Below are positions 37,709-47,910 of a stretch of DNA of 64,000 bases, piece by piece. The DNA comes from an uncultured Pseudomonadota bacterium. GTDB lineage: Bacteria; Oederibacteriota; Muellerivitia; Muellerivitales; Muellerivitaceae. Positions within the stretch are counted from its first letter, which is position 1. Each line of letters opens with the position of its first letter. A model generated the notes under the pieces. The model had not been told where the DNA came from and did no database searches. It worked only from the letters and a program-made list of their open reading frames with translations. The stretch is taken from positions 352,001-416,000 of the forward strand of contig CAWIIP010000004.1 in NCBI GenBank assembly GCA_963836235.1, written 5' to 3'. The position numbers and the translations under genes were made by a program.

Positions 37709-39358
37709 GTGCCCTCCTTGAAACCCGTTAAAAGCCTTTTGAGCTTCCGTAAGTCTGGTTTACTTTTTGCCCTCCTTTCCTTCCCTGCCTCAACCCTATT
37801 GGCCGCACCCAAGGCTTTTGAACTTTACCCAGCCACCAACGACGCTACGCCGACCGCCTATACGAAGACCGCTCCCGAATACCCGGTGAAAGGCAAAGCC
37901 TGGAAATTCCCAAGGGGTTCCAAGGTGGATATTCAGGTCGACGCGTCCCAAGTCTCGAGGGCCATTACGCCCTATCAAATGGGCGGCAATATCGACTGGT
38001 GGGACGGCAAGGATTGGGCGCTCGATAAAGACCGCGTCGAGAAGGTAAAGCAAGCGGGCATTAAGTTTTGGCGTTTTCCGGGGGGAAGCAGTTCGGACAG
38101 CTACCATTGGGACGGGAACTATGGCAAGCACTTGAAGGAGCACGATGGGGGCGACGCGACCCGCATGACCGGATCGGGCATGATTTTGACGGATGATTTT
38201 ATCGACTTCTGCCGCCAAACCGGTTCCGAGGCGATCGTGACCGTTAATTACGCCGCCGCCCGTTACTCCAGCCCCCAATACGCGGCGGATATGGCCGCCC
38301 GCTGGGTGAAATACTTTAATATCGAAAAGAAATTTAAAGTGCGCTATTGGGAAGTCGGCAATGAGGTTTATGGCCCCTGGGAAGAGGGCAATAAGATGGA
38401 AGGTGTTTCCCAACTTACCGGGGAAGTTTATGGAAAAGATTTCAGGGTAATAGCGGCGGCCATGAAAAAAGCCGATCCGGATATTTATATCGGCGCGGTG
38501 GCTGTAGATATGGATGACGGTGGCGATTGGACAGGTTTTCATTGGTGGATGAAGGGTCTCTTGCCCCAGCTTCAGGGCCAAGCCGATTACCTGATCCTGC
38601 ACCAATATTTCATGTGGCCCTTCAACGGAGATGTCTATACCAACCCGAAAAACGAGATTCTTTTCGGAAACCTTCAAAAGTTGGAAAGCGCGAAGGAGTC
38701 CGAGGAGAAGATGGTCTACAATTACGCGCCGGGCGAAATCGACATTCCGGTCGCCTTGACCGAATTCAATTTGGTCAACGCTTCGCCGCCACAGAGTATC
38801 CAACTCATTAACGGCCTTTTCACGGCGGAAGTCCTGGGTGAAGCCGCGAAGACGGGATATGTAGCTACTAATTATTGGGACTTGAAAAACGGGCTGGATG
38901 GGAAACTGAAAGGGGATATGGCCCTTTTGGCGTCGGGCGATCCTTCGGTGCCGGACGCCACCCCCCGGCCTTCTTATTACTCTTTCGCTCTTTGCTCCCG
39001 CGCCTTTGGCGATCATTTGGTGTCTTCCGCGAGCTCGGACCCGCAAGTCAAAGTCTATGCCAGTAAGTTCGCCGGCGGGGAAGTGGGACTGGTTATCGTC
39101 AATGAAGACCCTAAGGCCCGAACCCTTGCTTTGGACTTAAAGGGATTCAGCTCCCAAGGCAAACTCATGGGTTGGGTTTTGACAGGGAAAGACTTGAACG
39201 GCAATCAGGTTTCCTGGAACGGCGTGGATGGACCACGAGGGGGCGGGGGACCTTTTCCGATCGACACGATTCCGGCCTACAAACTGAAATTCAATCCGAA
39301 GAAGCCGGTTCAATTGAGCATACCAGCCGCATCGGCAACCGGTGTTGTTCTTTATTGA
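37709..39358 (+). CDS. Secreted clan GH-A glycoside hydrolase (GH51/GH44/GH79-like), paralog 1
   Basis: Signal peptide; RFPGGS, WEVGNE (acid/base), LTEFN (nucleophile). Confidence 0.75.
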   Translation: MPSLKPVKSLLSFRKSGLLFALLSFPASTLLAAPKAFELYPATNDATPTAYTKTAPEYPVKGKAWKFPRGSKVDIQVDASQVSRAITPYQMGGNIDWWDGKDWALDKDRVEKVKQAGIKFWRFPGGSSSDSYHWDGNYGKHLKEHDGGDATRMTGSGMILTDDFIDFCRQTGSEAIVTVNYAAARYSSPQYAADMAARWVKYFNIEKKFKVRYWEVGNEVYGPWEEGNKMEGVSQLTGEVYGKDFRVIAAAMKKADPDIYIGAVAVDMDDGGDWTGFHWWMKGLLPQLQGQADYLILHQYFMWPFNGDVYTNPKNEILFGNLQKLESAKESEEKMVYNYAPGEIDIPVALTEFNLVNASPPQSIQLINGLFTAEVLGEAAKTGYVATNYWDLKNGLDGKLKGDMALLASGDPSVPDATPRPSYYSFALCSRAFGDHLVSSASSDPQVKVYASKFAGGEVGLVIVNEDPKARTLALDLKGFSSQGKLMGWVLTGKDLNGNQVSWNGVDGPRGGGGPFPIDTIPAYKLKFNPKKPVQLSIPAASATGVVLY

Positions 39359-39422
39359 TTCTCGAACATCCTTTTAAAGACCTTAACGTTTCTAATCGTC
39401 ATTCCGTTAGAAAGGGATCGTC

Positions 39423-41036
39423 ATGTTATTGCCATTGATTCTTCTGCTGTTTTTGGTTTGTCCATGGGTTCAAGCCGCCGGTCCTAAGGTTTTCGAACTC
39501 TGGCCTGCCACCAATGACGCGGCCCCGACTACCTTTTCCAAGGCCGCGCCCCCTTTTCAGCCTATCGGAAAGCAGTGGAAATTCACCTATGGTTCTAAGG
39601 GTTCAGAAATACAGGTGAAAATCGACGCGACCCAGGTGCTTCACAACGTGACCCCGTACCAGTTCGGCAGCAATGCGGCCTGGTGGGATGGCAAAGCCTG
39701 GATTCTAGACCCGGACCGCGTTGAGAAGGCAAAGGAAGCGGGCATCCGGTTCTGGCGTTGGCCCGGCGGAAGCGCGTCCGATATATACCATTGGGACAAC
39801 AAGTATGACCGTCCCCCGAAGGACCAAAGCGACCCGGGACACATGAACGGGGCTTGGGCTGTTTCCAGCGATGATTTTATCGAGTTTTGCCGCCAAACCG
39901 GTTCCGAAGCTATCGTGACGGTCAATTACGCTTCGGCACGCTACGCTGACGTGCAGTACGCGGCGGACATGGCCGCCCGCTGGGTCCAGCATTTCAACAT
40001 CGACAAGAAGTTCAAGGTGCGTTACTGGGAAATCGGCAATGAAGTCTATGGTCCTTGGGAAGAGGGAAATAAAATGGACGGTAAACCCCAGCTCACGGGG
40101 GATGCTTACGGCAAGGATTTTCAAGTGATCGCAACTGCCATGCGGAAAGTCGACCCGGATATCTGCATCGGGGCGGTGGCGGTGGATACGGACAGTGGTG
40201 ACGATTGGACGGGCTATCACTGGTGGATGAGGGATTTGCTCCCCCAACTCCAAGGAAAAGCTGATTACCTTATTTTGCACCAGTATTTCATGTGGCCTTT
40301 CACGGGCGATACTTATACCAATCCCGGAAACGACATTCTTTTCGGAAACCTTCATAAAGTCTCCGATGCCTACACGGCGGAAGGGGCGATGATCGATAAA
40401 TACGCGGCCGGAGAAAAAGGCATTCCGACGGCTTTGACCGAATTTAACCTTATGAATGCCTCACCGAAACCCACCATTGAGCTCATTAACGGCTTGTTTA
40501 CGGCAGAAGTGCTGGGCGAGCAAATCAAAGCGGGTTACGTGGCTTCCAATTACTGGGATTTGAAAAACGGTTTGGATAAAAAGCTTGGAGGGGACATGGC
40601 CCTTTTGGCCTCCGACGATCCTTCGGAAGCCGATGGGACTCCGCATCCTTCCTATTACACCTATGCCCTCTATTCCCGTGCTTTCGGCGATAGGATGATC
40701 ACCTCGGATAGTTCCGACCCGAGCGTGAAGGTTTATGCCAGCCGGTTCGCTGGCGGGGAAGTGGGACTTGTTATCGTGAATGAGAACGAGAAAAACAGGA
40801 CTCTCGCCTTTAATTTCAGCGGGTTCACCCCACAAGGCAAGCTCATGGGTTGGGTTTTGTCGGGCGCGGACATGAATGAAACCCAAGTTTCCTGGAACGG
40901 GGAAGCGGGGCCTCTGGGTGGAGGTGGCCCATTTCCTATCAATACGATTCCTCCCTATCGGGGGGCATTCAAAACTGACAAGCCCCTTCAATTACCCATT
41001 CAAGCCCGTTCAGTAACGGGCATTATTTTTTATTAG
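39423..41036 (+). CDS. Secreted clan GH-A glycoside hydrolase, paralog 2
   Basis: Signal peptide; RWPGGS, WEIGNE, LTEFN; colinear with paralog 1. Confidence 0.75.
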   Translation: MLLPLILLLFLVCPWVQAAGPKVFELWPATNDAAPTTFSKAAPPFQPIGKQWKFTYGSKGSEIQVKIDATQVLHNVTPYQFGSNAAWWDGKAWILDPDRVEKAKEAGIRFWRWPGGSASDIYHWDNKYDRPPKDQSDPGHMNGAWAVSSDDFIEFCRQTGSEAIVTVNYASARYADVQYAADMAARWVQHFNIDKKFKVRYWEIGNEVYGPWEEGNKMDGKPQLTGDAYGKDFQVIATAMRKVDPDICIGAVAVDTDSGDDWTGYHWWMRDLLPQLQGKADYLILHQYFMWPFTGDTYTNPGNDILFGNLHKVSDAYTAEGAMIDKYAAGEKGIPTALTEFNLMNASPKPTIELINGLFTAEVLGEQIKAGYVASNYWDLKNGLDKKLGGDMALLASDDPSEADGTPHPSYYTYALYSRAFGDRMITSDSSDPSVKVYASRFAGGEVGLVIVNENEKNRTLAFNFSGFTPQGKLMGWVLSGADMNETQVSWNGEAGPLGGGGPFPINTIPPYRGAFKTDKPLQLPIQARSVTGIIFY

Positions 41037-41050
41037 TCCGGAGGAGTATT

Positions 41051-42445
41051 GTGGATCCGATTCGTTTTGGAACAGACGGCTGGCGGGCCAAGATGTCCGA
41101 AACTTTTACTTTTCCCAATGTTCGGCGGGTCGCTTATGGTTTGGGTCTTGCACTCCGGAAGAAAAAGAAGTCCTCCGCTGTTTTCGTGGGTTATGACACG
41201 CGGTTGAATTCCGAGCGGTTTGCTTTAGCCGCCGCGGAAGTGTTGGTTTCCATGGGAAACCGGGTCACCTTGGCCTCCCGGCTTTTGCCGACTCCGGCCC
41301 TTTCTTTGGCGGTGAAAGAAAAAAAAGCCGAGGCTGGAATCATGATTACGGCCAGCCACAATTCGGGAGCCTATAACGGGTTCAAGATCAAATTGCCGCC
41401 AGGGGTTTCGGCGCCGTCGAAGTTCACCGAACAAGTCGAGAAAAACATTCCCCGCCATGCGCCCGAATCAGGGTTCCCACGGAAGATTAAAAGATCCGAT
41501 TGGCTTTCACTTTACTTAAAAGCCATGAAAGCCAAAGTTGATCTTCCAGCCCTTCGCCGTTCGGGGCTTAAAGTGGTGGTGGATTCCATGCATGGGGTGG
41601 GGGAGAGCCATTTCGAGAATCTTGTCTCGGGAGGCAAGGCGAGGGTTTCGACCCTTGCTGCCAAGAGGAAAGCCAATTTTGGAGGCCGCCAACCTGAACC
41701 GATTGGGCCGAATTTAGGGCCGCTTTCCAAAGCCATTCTGCGAACCAAGGCGGATATGGGATTCGCCACGGATGGGGACGGTGACCGGGTCGGCATGATG
41801 GATGAAAAAGGGCGGTTCGTGGATGTTCATAAGCTGCACGCGATTCTCCTTTACCACCTGTGGGTCCATAAAGGCATGAGGGGGGCGGTGGTAAGGACCG
41901 TTTCCGGAACCCTTATGGTGGAACGCATGGCCCAGCGCTGGAAGATACCCCTAATTGAAACTCCCATCGGCTTTAAACATATCGGGGCCGTCATGTTAAA
42001 AAAAGACGTTCTTTTGGGCCTTGAGGAAAGTGGGGGTATTGCCATCAAGGGCCATATTCCCGAAAGAGACGGCCTTCTTTCCGCGCTTTTGCTGATGGAA
42101 GCACTGGTATGGTTGAAAAAATCGGTTACTGAGGCAGTCGATTTTTTGCAGAATGAATTTGGGCCTTTTTATTACAATCGGGTTGATTTGGAAAACATCT
42201 CGTTTGAACGTCAGAAAATGATCTTATCCCGTTTTAAAAAAAATCCCCCAGCCCAAGTGGCCGGGCAGAAAGTTACGGGAATCCTGACTTTGGACGGGGT
42301 AAAACTCAAATTCAAAAATGGTTGGCTGTTATTCCGCCCCTCTGGGACCGAACCTCTTCTTCGTCTTTATGCCGAAGCTCCTTCGGTTAAAGAGGTTCAA
42401 ACTCTCCTTGGGGAGGCAAAAAAAGTGGCGCTTAAAAGCCATTAG
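41051..42445 (+). CDS. Phosphoglucomutase/phosphomannomutase
   Basis: FGTDGWR, TASHN, DGDGDR, EESGG, RPSGTEP. Confidence 0.92.
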   Translation: MDPIRFGTDGWRAKMSETFTFPNVRRVAYGLGLALRKKKKSSAVFVGYDTRLNSERFALAAAEVLVSMGNRVTLASRLLPTPALSLAVKEKKAEAGIMITASHNSGAYNGFKIKLPPGVSAPSKFTEQVEKNIPRHAPESGFPRKIKRSDWLSLYLKAMKAKVDLPALRRSGLKVVVDSMHGVGESHFENLVSGGKARVSTLAAKRKANFGGRQPEPIGPNLGPLSKAILRTKADMGFATDGDGDRVGMMDEKGRFVDVHKLHAILLYHLWVHKGMRGAVVRTVSGTLMVERMAQRWKIPLIETPIGFKHIGAVMLKKDVLLGLEESGGIAIKGHIPERDGLLSALLLMEALVWLKKSVTEAVDFLQNEFGPFYYNRVDLENISFERQKMILSRFKKNPPAQVAGQKVTGILTLDGVKLKFKNGWLLFRPSGTEPLLRLYAEAPSVKEVQTLLGEAKKVALKSH

Positions 42446-42523
42446 TGGTTTGTTGTTAAAATAGGCTTAAACTGTCGCAAGGATCGCGGCTTTTAACGGC
42501 GAGTTGCCGTATGTTTTTGTCCG

Positions 42524-42552
42524 TTGACGGGTTATAGGCCCTCCCGTAAAAT
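42524..42552 (+). promoter_or_regulatory. Putative sigma70 promoter
   Basis: TTGACG-17 bp-TAAAAT. Confidence 0.6.
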
Positions 42553-42596
42553 CGATTCTCACCAACTTGCCGTTCCCATTTTAAGAAGGAGCCAGG

Positions 42597-43871
42597 ATGT
42601 TCTTTTCTAAATTTTTTGTCCTGAGCGCAACCCTTCTTTCGCTGATTCCTTTGAATTCCCTTTTGGCGGATCAGGAACAAAGCCAGTATTTTCTCGACAA
42701 GGGCAATATTTATAAGAATGAAAAAAAGATGCAAACGGCTATCCAGTATTACAAAGAATCCATCGAAGAAAATCCCTATAACGCCGAAGCCCATAACAAT
42801 TTAGGCGAGCTTTATGCCAGGAAAAACATGATCGACGACGCCCTGTCGCAATTCGATAAAGCGCTGGAAATCCAACCGGGGTACGTGGAAGCTCTTTCGA
42901 ACAAGTCCTTCGCCTTTCTTCAAAAAAAGGTCTATAACCAAGCCGTTTTTTTTGCCAAAGAATCCTTAAAGATAAATCCGGATTTTGGCTCAGCCCATTA
43001 CAACCTGGGAATGGCTTATTTCTTTTTAGGCCAATATCCCGCGGCTGTTTCGGAATTGAAACTATCCGTTCAGTCTTTTCCGGATAATGCTGAAATTTAC
43101 GAGAGATTGGGGGATGCCTATCGGGCTCAAAGCCGAAACGAAGAGGCCATCGCCTATTACCATTTGGCGATCCGAACCGATCCTTTGGATGCCAGTTGCC
43201 GGTCCAAATTGGGGGATATTTACCTGGATGAGGACGAGGAAAAGAAGGCCATTGAACAATACCAATATTCCGAGGATCTGGAGCCCAGCAACATCGATTC
43301 CCGTTACAAGATGGCTGACCATTATGAGAGCATCCGGGATTGGAACAACGCGCGCAGGGAATATCTTCTGATCCTTGCCAACGATGGCCAACAGGCCCGC
43401 GCTCACAAACAGGTCGCCTTGATTTTTGAAAGAGATGATCAAGTGGGTTTGGCGCTTTACCACTGGGACAAGTACTTGGAATTAGTCCCGAACGACCCTG
43501 AGGCCAAACAGCACATCAGTGACATTCGAAAACCCATATTGACAAAAAAACAAGCCAAGGAAATGGCACAGTTCGACAATAAACTTGCCCAAGCCCATAT
43601 GCTTCCAACCCCGACCCAAGTCCCCGCTGTTCGAAACGTGAAACCGTCCGCCCCGGTAGTTCAGAGCCAGGATACGACCGCAATGGACAAGGGTTCGACA
43701 ACTTCGGCAACCTCCCCGGTTGACAACTCCCAGGCCAACTCGTCGGGGTCCAATCAACCGGCGCCGCCTCCGGCCGTAACGATAGCGACGCCTACGCTTT
43801 CCACCCAGTTGGTGCCGGTGGAACTGGTGTCGGCTACTCCTACGGCTGAAATGGGCGTCCTGCCTAAGTGA
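42597..43871 (+). CDS. Exported TPR protein with S/T/P-rich tail
   Basis: Signal peptide, about eight TPRs (AHNNLG, AHYNLG), low-complexity C-terminus. Confidence 0.82.
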   Translation: MFFSKFFVLSATLLSLIPLNSLLADQEQSQYFLDKGNIYKNEKKMQTAIQYYKESIEENPYNAEAHNNLGELYARKNMIDDALSQFDKALEIQPGYVEALSNKSFAFLQKKVYNQAVFFAKESLKINPDFGSAHYNLGMAYFFLGQYPAAVSELKLSVQSFPDNAEIYERLGDAYRAQSRNEEAIAYYHLAIRTDPLDASCRSKLGDIYLDEDEEKKAIEQYQYSEDLEPSNIDSRYKMADHYESIRDWNNARREYLLILANDGQQARAHKQVALIFERDDQVGLALYHWDKYLELVPNDPEAKQHISDIRKPILTKKQAKEMAQFDNKLAQAHMLPTPTQVPAVRNVKPSAPVVQSQDTTAMDKGSTTSATSPVDNSQANSSGSNQPAPPPAVTIATPTLSTQLVPVELVSATPTAEMGVLPK

Positions 43872-43982
43872 CGAAAATGATCGGCCATCAGCCTTTCGAT
43901 TTCGCTAATAATCGAATTCCAAGGCTTGAAAAATTCACCTGAAGTTATCAAGATTGCGAATATTAAAAGTATTGGAGATTTA

Positions 43983-44708
43983 ATGAAATTCGCAGTCTTA
44001 TTGCCCGTTTACAATGAGGCTCCCACCCTGGAAAGGGTCGTGCAAAAGTTATCCGCCTTCAAAGAAGCGGACATTGTCATTGTGGATGATGGCTCCACGG
44101 ACGCAACCCCTTCCATTTTGGAACGTCTGGCGGTGAAGGCTATTATCCGGCACCCGGACAACGTGGGATATGGGAAGGCCCTCATCGACGGGTTCGATTT
44201 CGCCAAGGCTCATGACTATCGTTATTGCGTGACGATGGACGCCGACGAACAACATGAACCCGGGTTCATTCCTTGCTTGATTGAAAAATTAGAAAAGTTC
44301 GATATTGTTTCCGGCAGTCGTTATCTGAATCCCTCGCTGTCCCCGGATGTGCCGCCACCCGAGCGCCTGGAAGTCAATCGGGTGATTACGGATAAATTGC
44401 GCCAGCTCACGCCCTTTAATTTGACCGATAGTTTTTGCGGCTTCAAGGGTTACCGGGTCGATGGATTGCGGAAACTCCAATTGACCGAGATGAATTATGG
44501 TTTTCCAATCCAATTTTGGCTACAAGCGGCCAAAGCCGGGTTGACGGTGACCGAATGTGCCGTTCCGCTGATTTATAAGGATCATAGCCGCAATTTCAAC
44601 AACCAGTTTGCCAACCGAGATGAACGTTTAAACCATTATTTGCAGGTCATGGAAAGCGAAGCCAAAAAATTAGGCCTTTCTTCTTCTCTTTCCGCCGTAA
44701 AAAAATAG
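43983..44708 (+). CDS. Glycosyltransferase family 2 (DPM1-like, soluble)
   Basis: PVYNE, VDDGSTD, GYG, TMDADEQH, GSRY, TDSFCGFK. Confidence 0.88.
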   Translation: MKFAVLLPVYNEAPTLERVVQKLSAFKEADIVIVDDGSTDATPSILERLAVKAIIRHPDNVGYGKALIDGFDFAKAHDYRYCVTMDADEQHEPGFIPCLIEKLEKFDIVSGSRYLNPSLSPDVPPPERLEVNRVITDKLRQLTPFNLTDSFCGFKGYRVDGLRKLQLTEMNYGFPIQFWLQAAKAGLTVTECAVPLIYKDHSRNFNNQFANRDERLNHYLQVMESEAKKLGLSSSLSAVKK

Positions 44709-44755
44709 AATAAGTAAGCCATCCGTCAAATACTGCCTGTACCGAAGGGTCTTTC

Positions 44756-46345
44756 ATGACCGCATTAACCGATAGGATCCCAAAAGGCCACGGAGAGCTT
44801 TTTTTTGACCCACCCCTAGCCCAATGGAAAGAAGATGCTCTCCGAAATCGAGAGAGGTTGGTGAAGGAGTCTTTTTGGGGACAATCGGCGCTCAAAGTCA
44901 GGGCGGCCATGAACCTTCCAACGGAATATCCTTTGATCTTCTCCGGCCATCAACCGGTTTTTTTCCACCCTGGCCTTTGGGTGAAATGCCTGGCCGCCAG
45001 CACTCTTGCCGAGGCCGTCCAAGGAACGGCTATCCACAAGATAACGGACACCGCCCTGGCCCCGGAACACCTGCACTATCTTCCGGAAGTGGAGGATAAC
45101 GGCAAGTCCCGTAAGAAAATACTCGAGTTTTTCACGAATAAGGACCTGAAGAAGCAGGAAAGAATCACGCCTTATTGCTTTCTTCCGCCTCCCGACTATT
45201 CCGCCTTGGAGAAAATCTTTTCGGACGCGCAGGTTTATTGCCCTGATCCGGTTAAAAACAACATCCGGCAGTATGAAGAAAAAATTTTTAAAGGCATCCA
45301 TAAGAACGCCACTTGGAACAGTTTCCATCTTTCGGTCATGAGCATCCTGGATCAGATCTGCGGAACTCAGCGCCTTTATTTAGAGGCCAGTAAAGTCTGG
45401 GCTTTTGAGCCTTTTTACTTTTTCGTGGCCCAATGGCTTAAGAACTTGCCTGAATTAAACGATTGTTACAACCAATCCCTGGAGGAATACCGGAAAAAAC
45501 ACGGGATCACCCATGATTTGGAACCGATGCCAAACCTTAAGTTTGAGGATTGGTGGTTCGAGATACCCTTCTGGGGAGCGACAAAATATCACCAGCGCCA
45601 TTCCCTTTGGGCCAAGAATGACGGGAAACACATCGTCCTCAAGATCAAAGGCGGGGAGGGCAGCTATTCCTTGTCTTTGGATGATCCGCAAAAGGAACTG
45701 AGCGCCTTGAATATCTCGATTTGGCCCAAGGCCATTCCCCAGACTCTTTTTTGCCGCATGTACCTTTGTGATTTTTTTATCCATGGAACCGGGGGCGCGG
45801 TTTATGAAGAAGTTGGAGACATGATATTTTCCAGGTATTTCAGACTGAAGCCCCTTTCGTTCGGGGTGGCGACCGGTACTTACTTAGTGGATCCGAAAGA
45901 AAGCCATGGGGTGGATGTGGTGCTGACTTATGAGGAAAAAATAGCGGCTTGGGAAAGGGCCTTGGAAAAAAATCCTGAGTACTTATTTACCAAGCCGGAA
46001 GATTGGAAACGGGATTTGCCGAGTTTCATGCACCCCATTTTCCTGGAAACAGCCAATAACCCCGGCCTGCGGAAACTAGCCACCGAGAAAGAAAGGCTCA
46101 TTAGTCTTCTAAAGGACCCCGCCCAACGCAGTCAGGCTTCGAAAAAAATTAAAGAAGTGAATTTCGCTTTGTACGACGGTTATACGGATGTGTTGAAAGC
46201 CCTGGAAAAGGGCCTTCTAGACGTTGGGAAAGTAAAAGACACCAAGGACGTTCTCTCCTTTAGGGAATATCCTTTCTTCTGCTATCCGCCCGAAACCTTT
46301 ACGGACATGAAGGAAAAAATCCGGCTCGCCGCCCATTCCGCCTAA
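44756..46345 (+). CDS. Hypothetical protein, distant BshC-like (putative ligase)
   Basis: FSGHQP..FHPG, WPKA..TLF.R, FIHGTGGAVY, coiled-coil, terminal REYPF in BshC-like order. Confidence 0.55.
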   Translation: MTALTDRIPKGHGELFFDPPLAQWKEDALRNRERLVKESFWGQSALKVRAAMNLPTEYPLIFSGHQPVFFHPGLWVKCLAASTLAEAVQGTAIHKITDTALAPEHLHYLPEVEDNGKSRKKILEFFTNKDLKKQERITPYCFLPPPDYSALEKIFSDAQVYCPDPVKNNIRQYEEKIFKGIHKNATWNSFHLSVMSILDQICGTQRLYLEASKVWAFEPFYFFVAQWLKNLPELNDCYNQSLEEYRKKHGITHDLEPMPNLKFEDWWFEIPFWGATKYHQRHSLWAKNDGKHIVLKIKGGEGSYSLSLDDPQKELSALNISIWPKAIPQTLFCRMYLCDFFIHGTGGAVYEEVGDMIFSRYFRLKPLSFGVATGTYLVDPKESHGVDVVLTYEEKIAAWERALEKNPEYLFTKPEDWKRDLPSFMHPIFLETANNPGLRKLATEKERLISLLKDPAQRSQASKKIKEVNFALYDGYTDVLKALEKGLLDVGKVKDTKDVLSFREYPFFCYPPETFTDMKEKIRLAAHSA

Positions 46346-46367
46346 TCCCTCTTTAAGAAAGTTCTCT

Positions 46368-46817
46368 ATGGAAAGACCTGTTTTGAAAATTGAACTATTA
46401 CCCGGTCAGGAAGATTTGGGCCTGCCCGCTTACGCCACCGAAGGGGCGGCGGGATTAGATCTGAAAGCCGCCTTGTCCGATCCGCTTACCTTGAGGCCGG
46501 GGGAAAGGGGCGTTGTTCCCACGGGGCTTAAAATGGCCATACCTCAAGGATTTGAGGGCTGTGTCCGGCCCCGCAGTGGGCTGGCCATGAAGCAAGGACT
46601 GACCCTGACAAACTCTCCGGGAACCATTGATTCCGATTACCGGGGCGAGGTGAAAGTGTTGGTCATCAATTTAGGCCAGGAGTCTGTTATTTTGAAAAGA
46701 GGCGACCGAATCGCCCAACTTCTCATATCGCCGGTGGCCCAAGCCCAAGTGGTCAAAGTCGAACAAGTGGAAGACACGGCTCGCGGGGCGGGTGGGTTCG
46801 GTCATACGGGAATTTAA
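46368..46817 (+). CDS. dut: dUTP diphosphatase
   Basis: AGLDL, PRSGLA, GTIDSDYRGE, DRIAQL, RGAGGFGHTG. Confidence 0.96.
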   Translation: MERPVLKIELLPGQEDLGLPAYATEGAAGLDLKAALSDPLTLRPGERGVVPTGLKMAIPQGFEGCVRPRSGLAMKQGLTLTNSPGTIDSDYRGEVKVLVINLGQESVILKRGDRIAQLLISPVAQAQVVKVEQVEDTARGAGGFGHTGI

Positions 46818-46851
46818 TAAAAATCTTTGATGGCGAAAGCGCGTTAAGGTC

Positions 46852-47910
46852 ATGAACAGTATGAACGAGATCCGCCCCGTAGGTTTCAATCTCGGCGGCT
46901 GGCTTTCCCAATCCACCCTGACGGACGATCACACCAAAAACTTCATCAAAAAAGAGGATTTTAAAATCATCGCGGACTGGGGTTTTAACTCGGTGCGCCT
47001 GCCCGTGGATGGCCCCTGGCTTTTCGAGGAGGAGGGACGCGGGCCGCTTTCGAAAACACGCCTGGCCGTTTTGAAAAAAATATTGAAATGGTCCAAGGAG
47101 GCCGGATTGCTCACCATCCTGGACCTGCACCAGGTTCCCTGGCATTCCTTCGGCAAACCCGAACTTGAAAATTTATGGAAAAACGAGGAAGATTTAAACT
47201 CTTTTTGCCAGGGTTGGGTGGAGTTGGCCCACGCTTTGAAGCGGGTGGATGCCCCCATCTGGTTTGACGTCTTAAACGAGCCGACGGCCCGGAATTCGGA
47301 TGACTGGAACCATGTGGCCTCCCGGATTTACCGGGTACTTCGTATGGAAGATCCGAAGCGGGTTGTGATGATCGAGTCGGCCTTTTGGGGTTCCGCTCTC
47401 CGGCTGAAGGATTTGGCGGAGGCGGTCCAAGGCCCAAACCTGGTCTATAGTTTTCATTTTTACTTGCCTATGTTGGTGACGCACCAAAAAGCCCCTTGGT
47501 GGACGGATGGGAAGCCTTACCAGGAGGAAGTGGCTTATCCCGGGCCAATTCCAAAGGACCAGGAATACCTGGCCAAGGATTTACCCCCAGAGACAAGGGC
47601 GGTTTTGGCTTTCGAGGGTGGCAGGCCTTGGGACAAAGAAAGGCTGCGGGAAACATTGAAACAAGTGGCCCAGTTATCGAAAGACGGGAACCGGCTTTAT
47701 TGCGGGGAGTTTGGGGTCTATGAAGGGGTGGCCCGGAGTACACGATTAAACTGGACGAGGGATGTGGTAAGCCTTTTTTCCGAGATGAAGGTGGGTTGGG
47801 GCTATTGGAACTATAAATGGCTGGATTTTGGGATTTGGCCTTCGGCCGGGGACGGAAAAACCGGACCACTGGACGAGGAAATGTTGAACCTATTGAAAGC
47901 GGGCATTTAA
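46852..47910 (+). CDS. Glycoside hydrolase family 5 (no signal peptide)
   Basis: GFNLGGWLSQ, VRLPVD, DLH, NEP, FHFY, GEFG, WGYWNY. Confidence 0.88.
   Translation: MNSMNEIRPVGFNLGGWLSQSTLTDDHTKNFIKKEDFKIIADWGFNSVRLPVDGPWLFEEEGRGPLSKTRLAVLKKILKWSKEAGLLTILDLHQVPWHSFGKPELENLWKNEEDLNSFCQGWVELAHALKRVDAPIWFDVLNEPTARNSDDWNHVASRIYRVLRMEDPKRVVMIESAFWGSALRLKDLAEAVQGPNLVYSFHFYLPMLVTHQKAPWWTDGKPYQEEVAYPGPIPKDQEYLAKDLPPETRAVLAFEGGRPWDKERLRETLKQVAQLSKDGNRLYCGEFGVYEGVARSTRLNWTRDVVSLFSEMKVGWGYWNYKWLDFGIWPSAGDGKTGPLDEEMLNLLKAGI

Noticed and set aside
37796-39046. 416-aa minus-strand ORF (also 9421-10302, 17218-18141, 22412-23284, 60551-61426)
   Set aside because: Antisense to well-supported genes, with no recognisable domains
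42470-42512. Two small hairpins after the phosphomutase gene as an ncRNA
   Set aside because: 5-bp stems, no known consensus; may be at most a weak terminator
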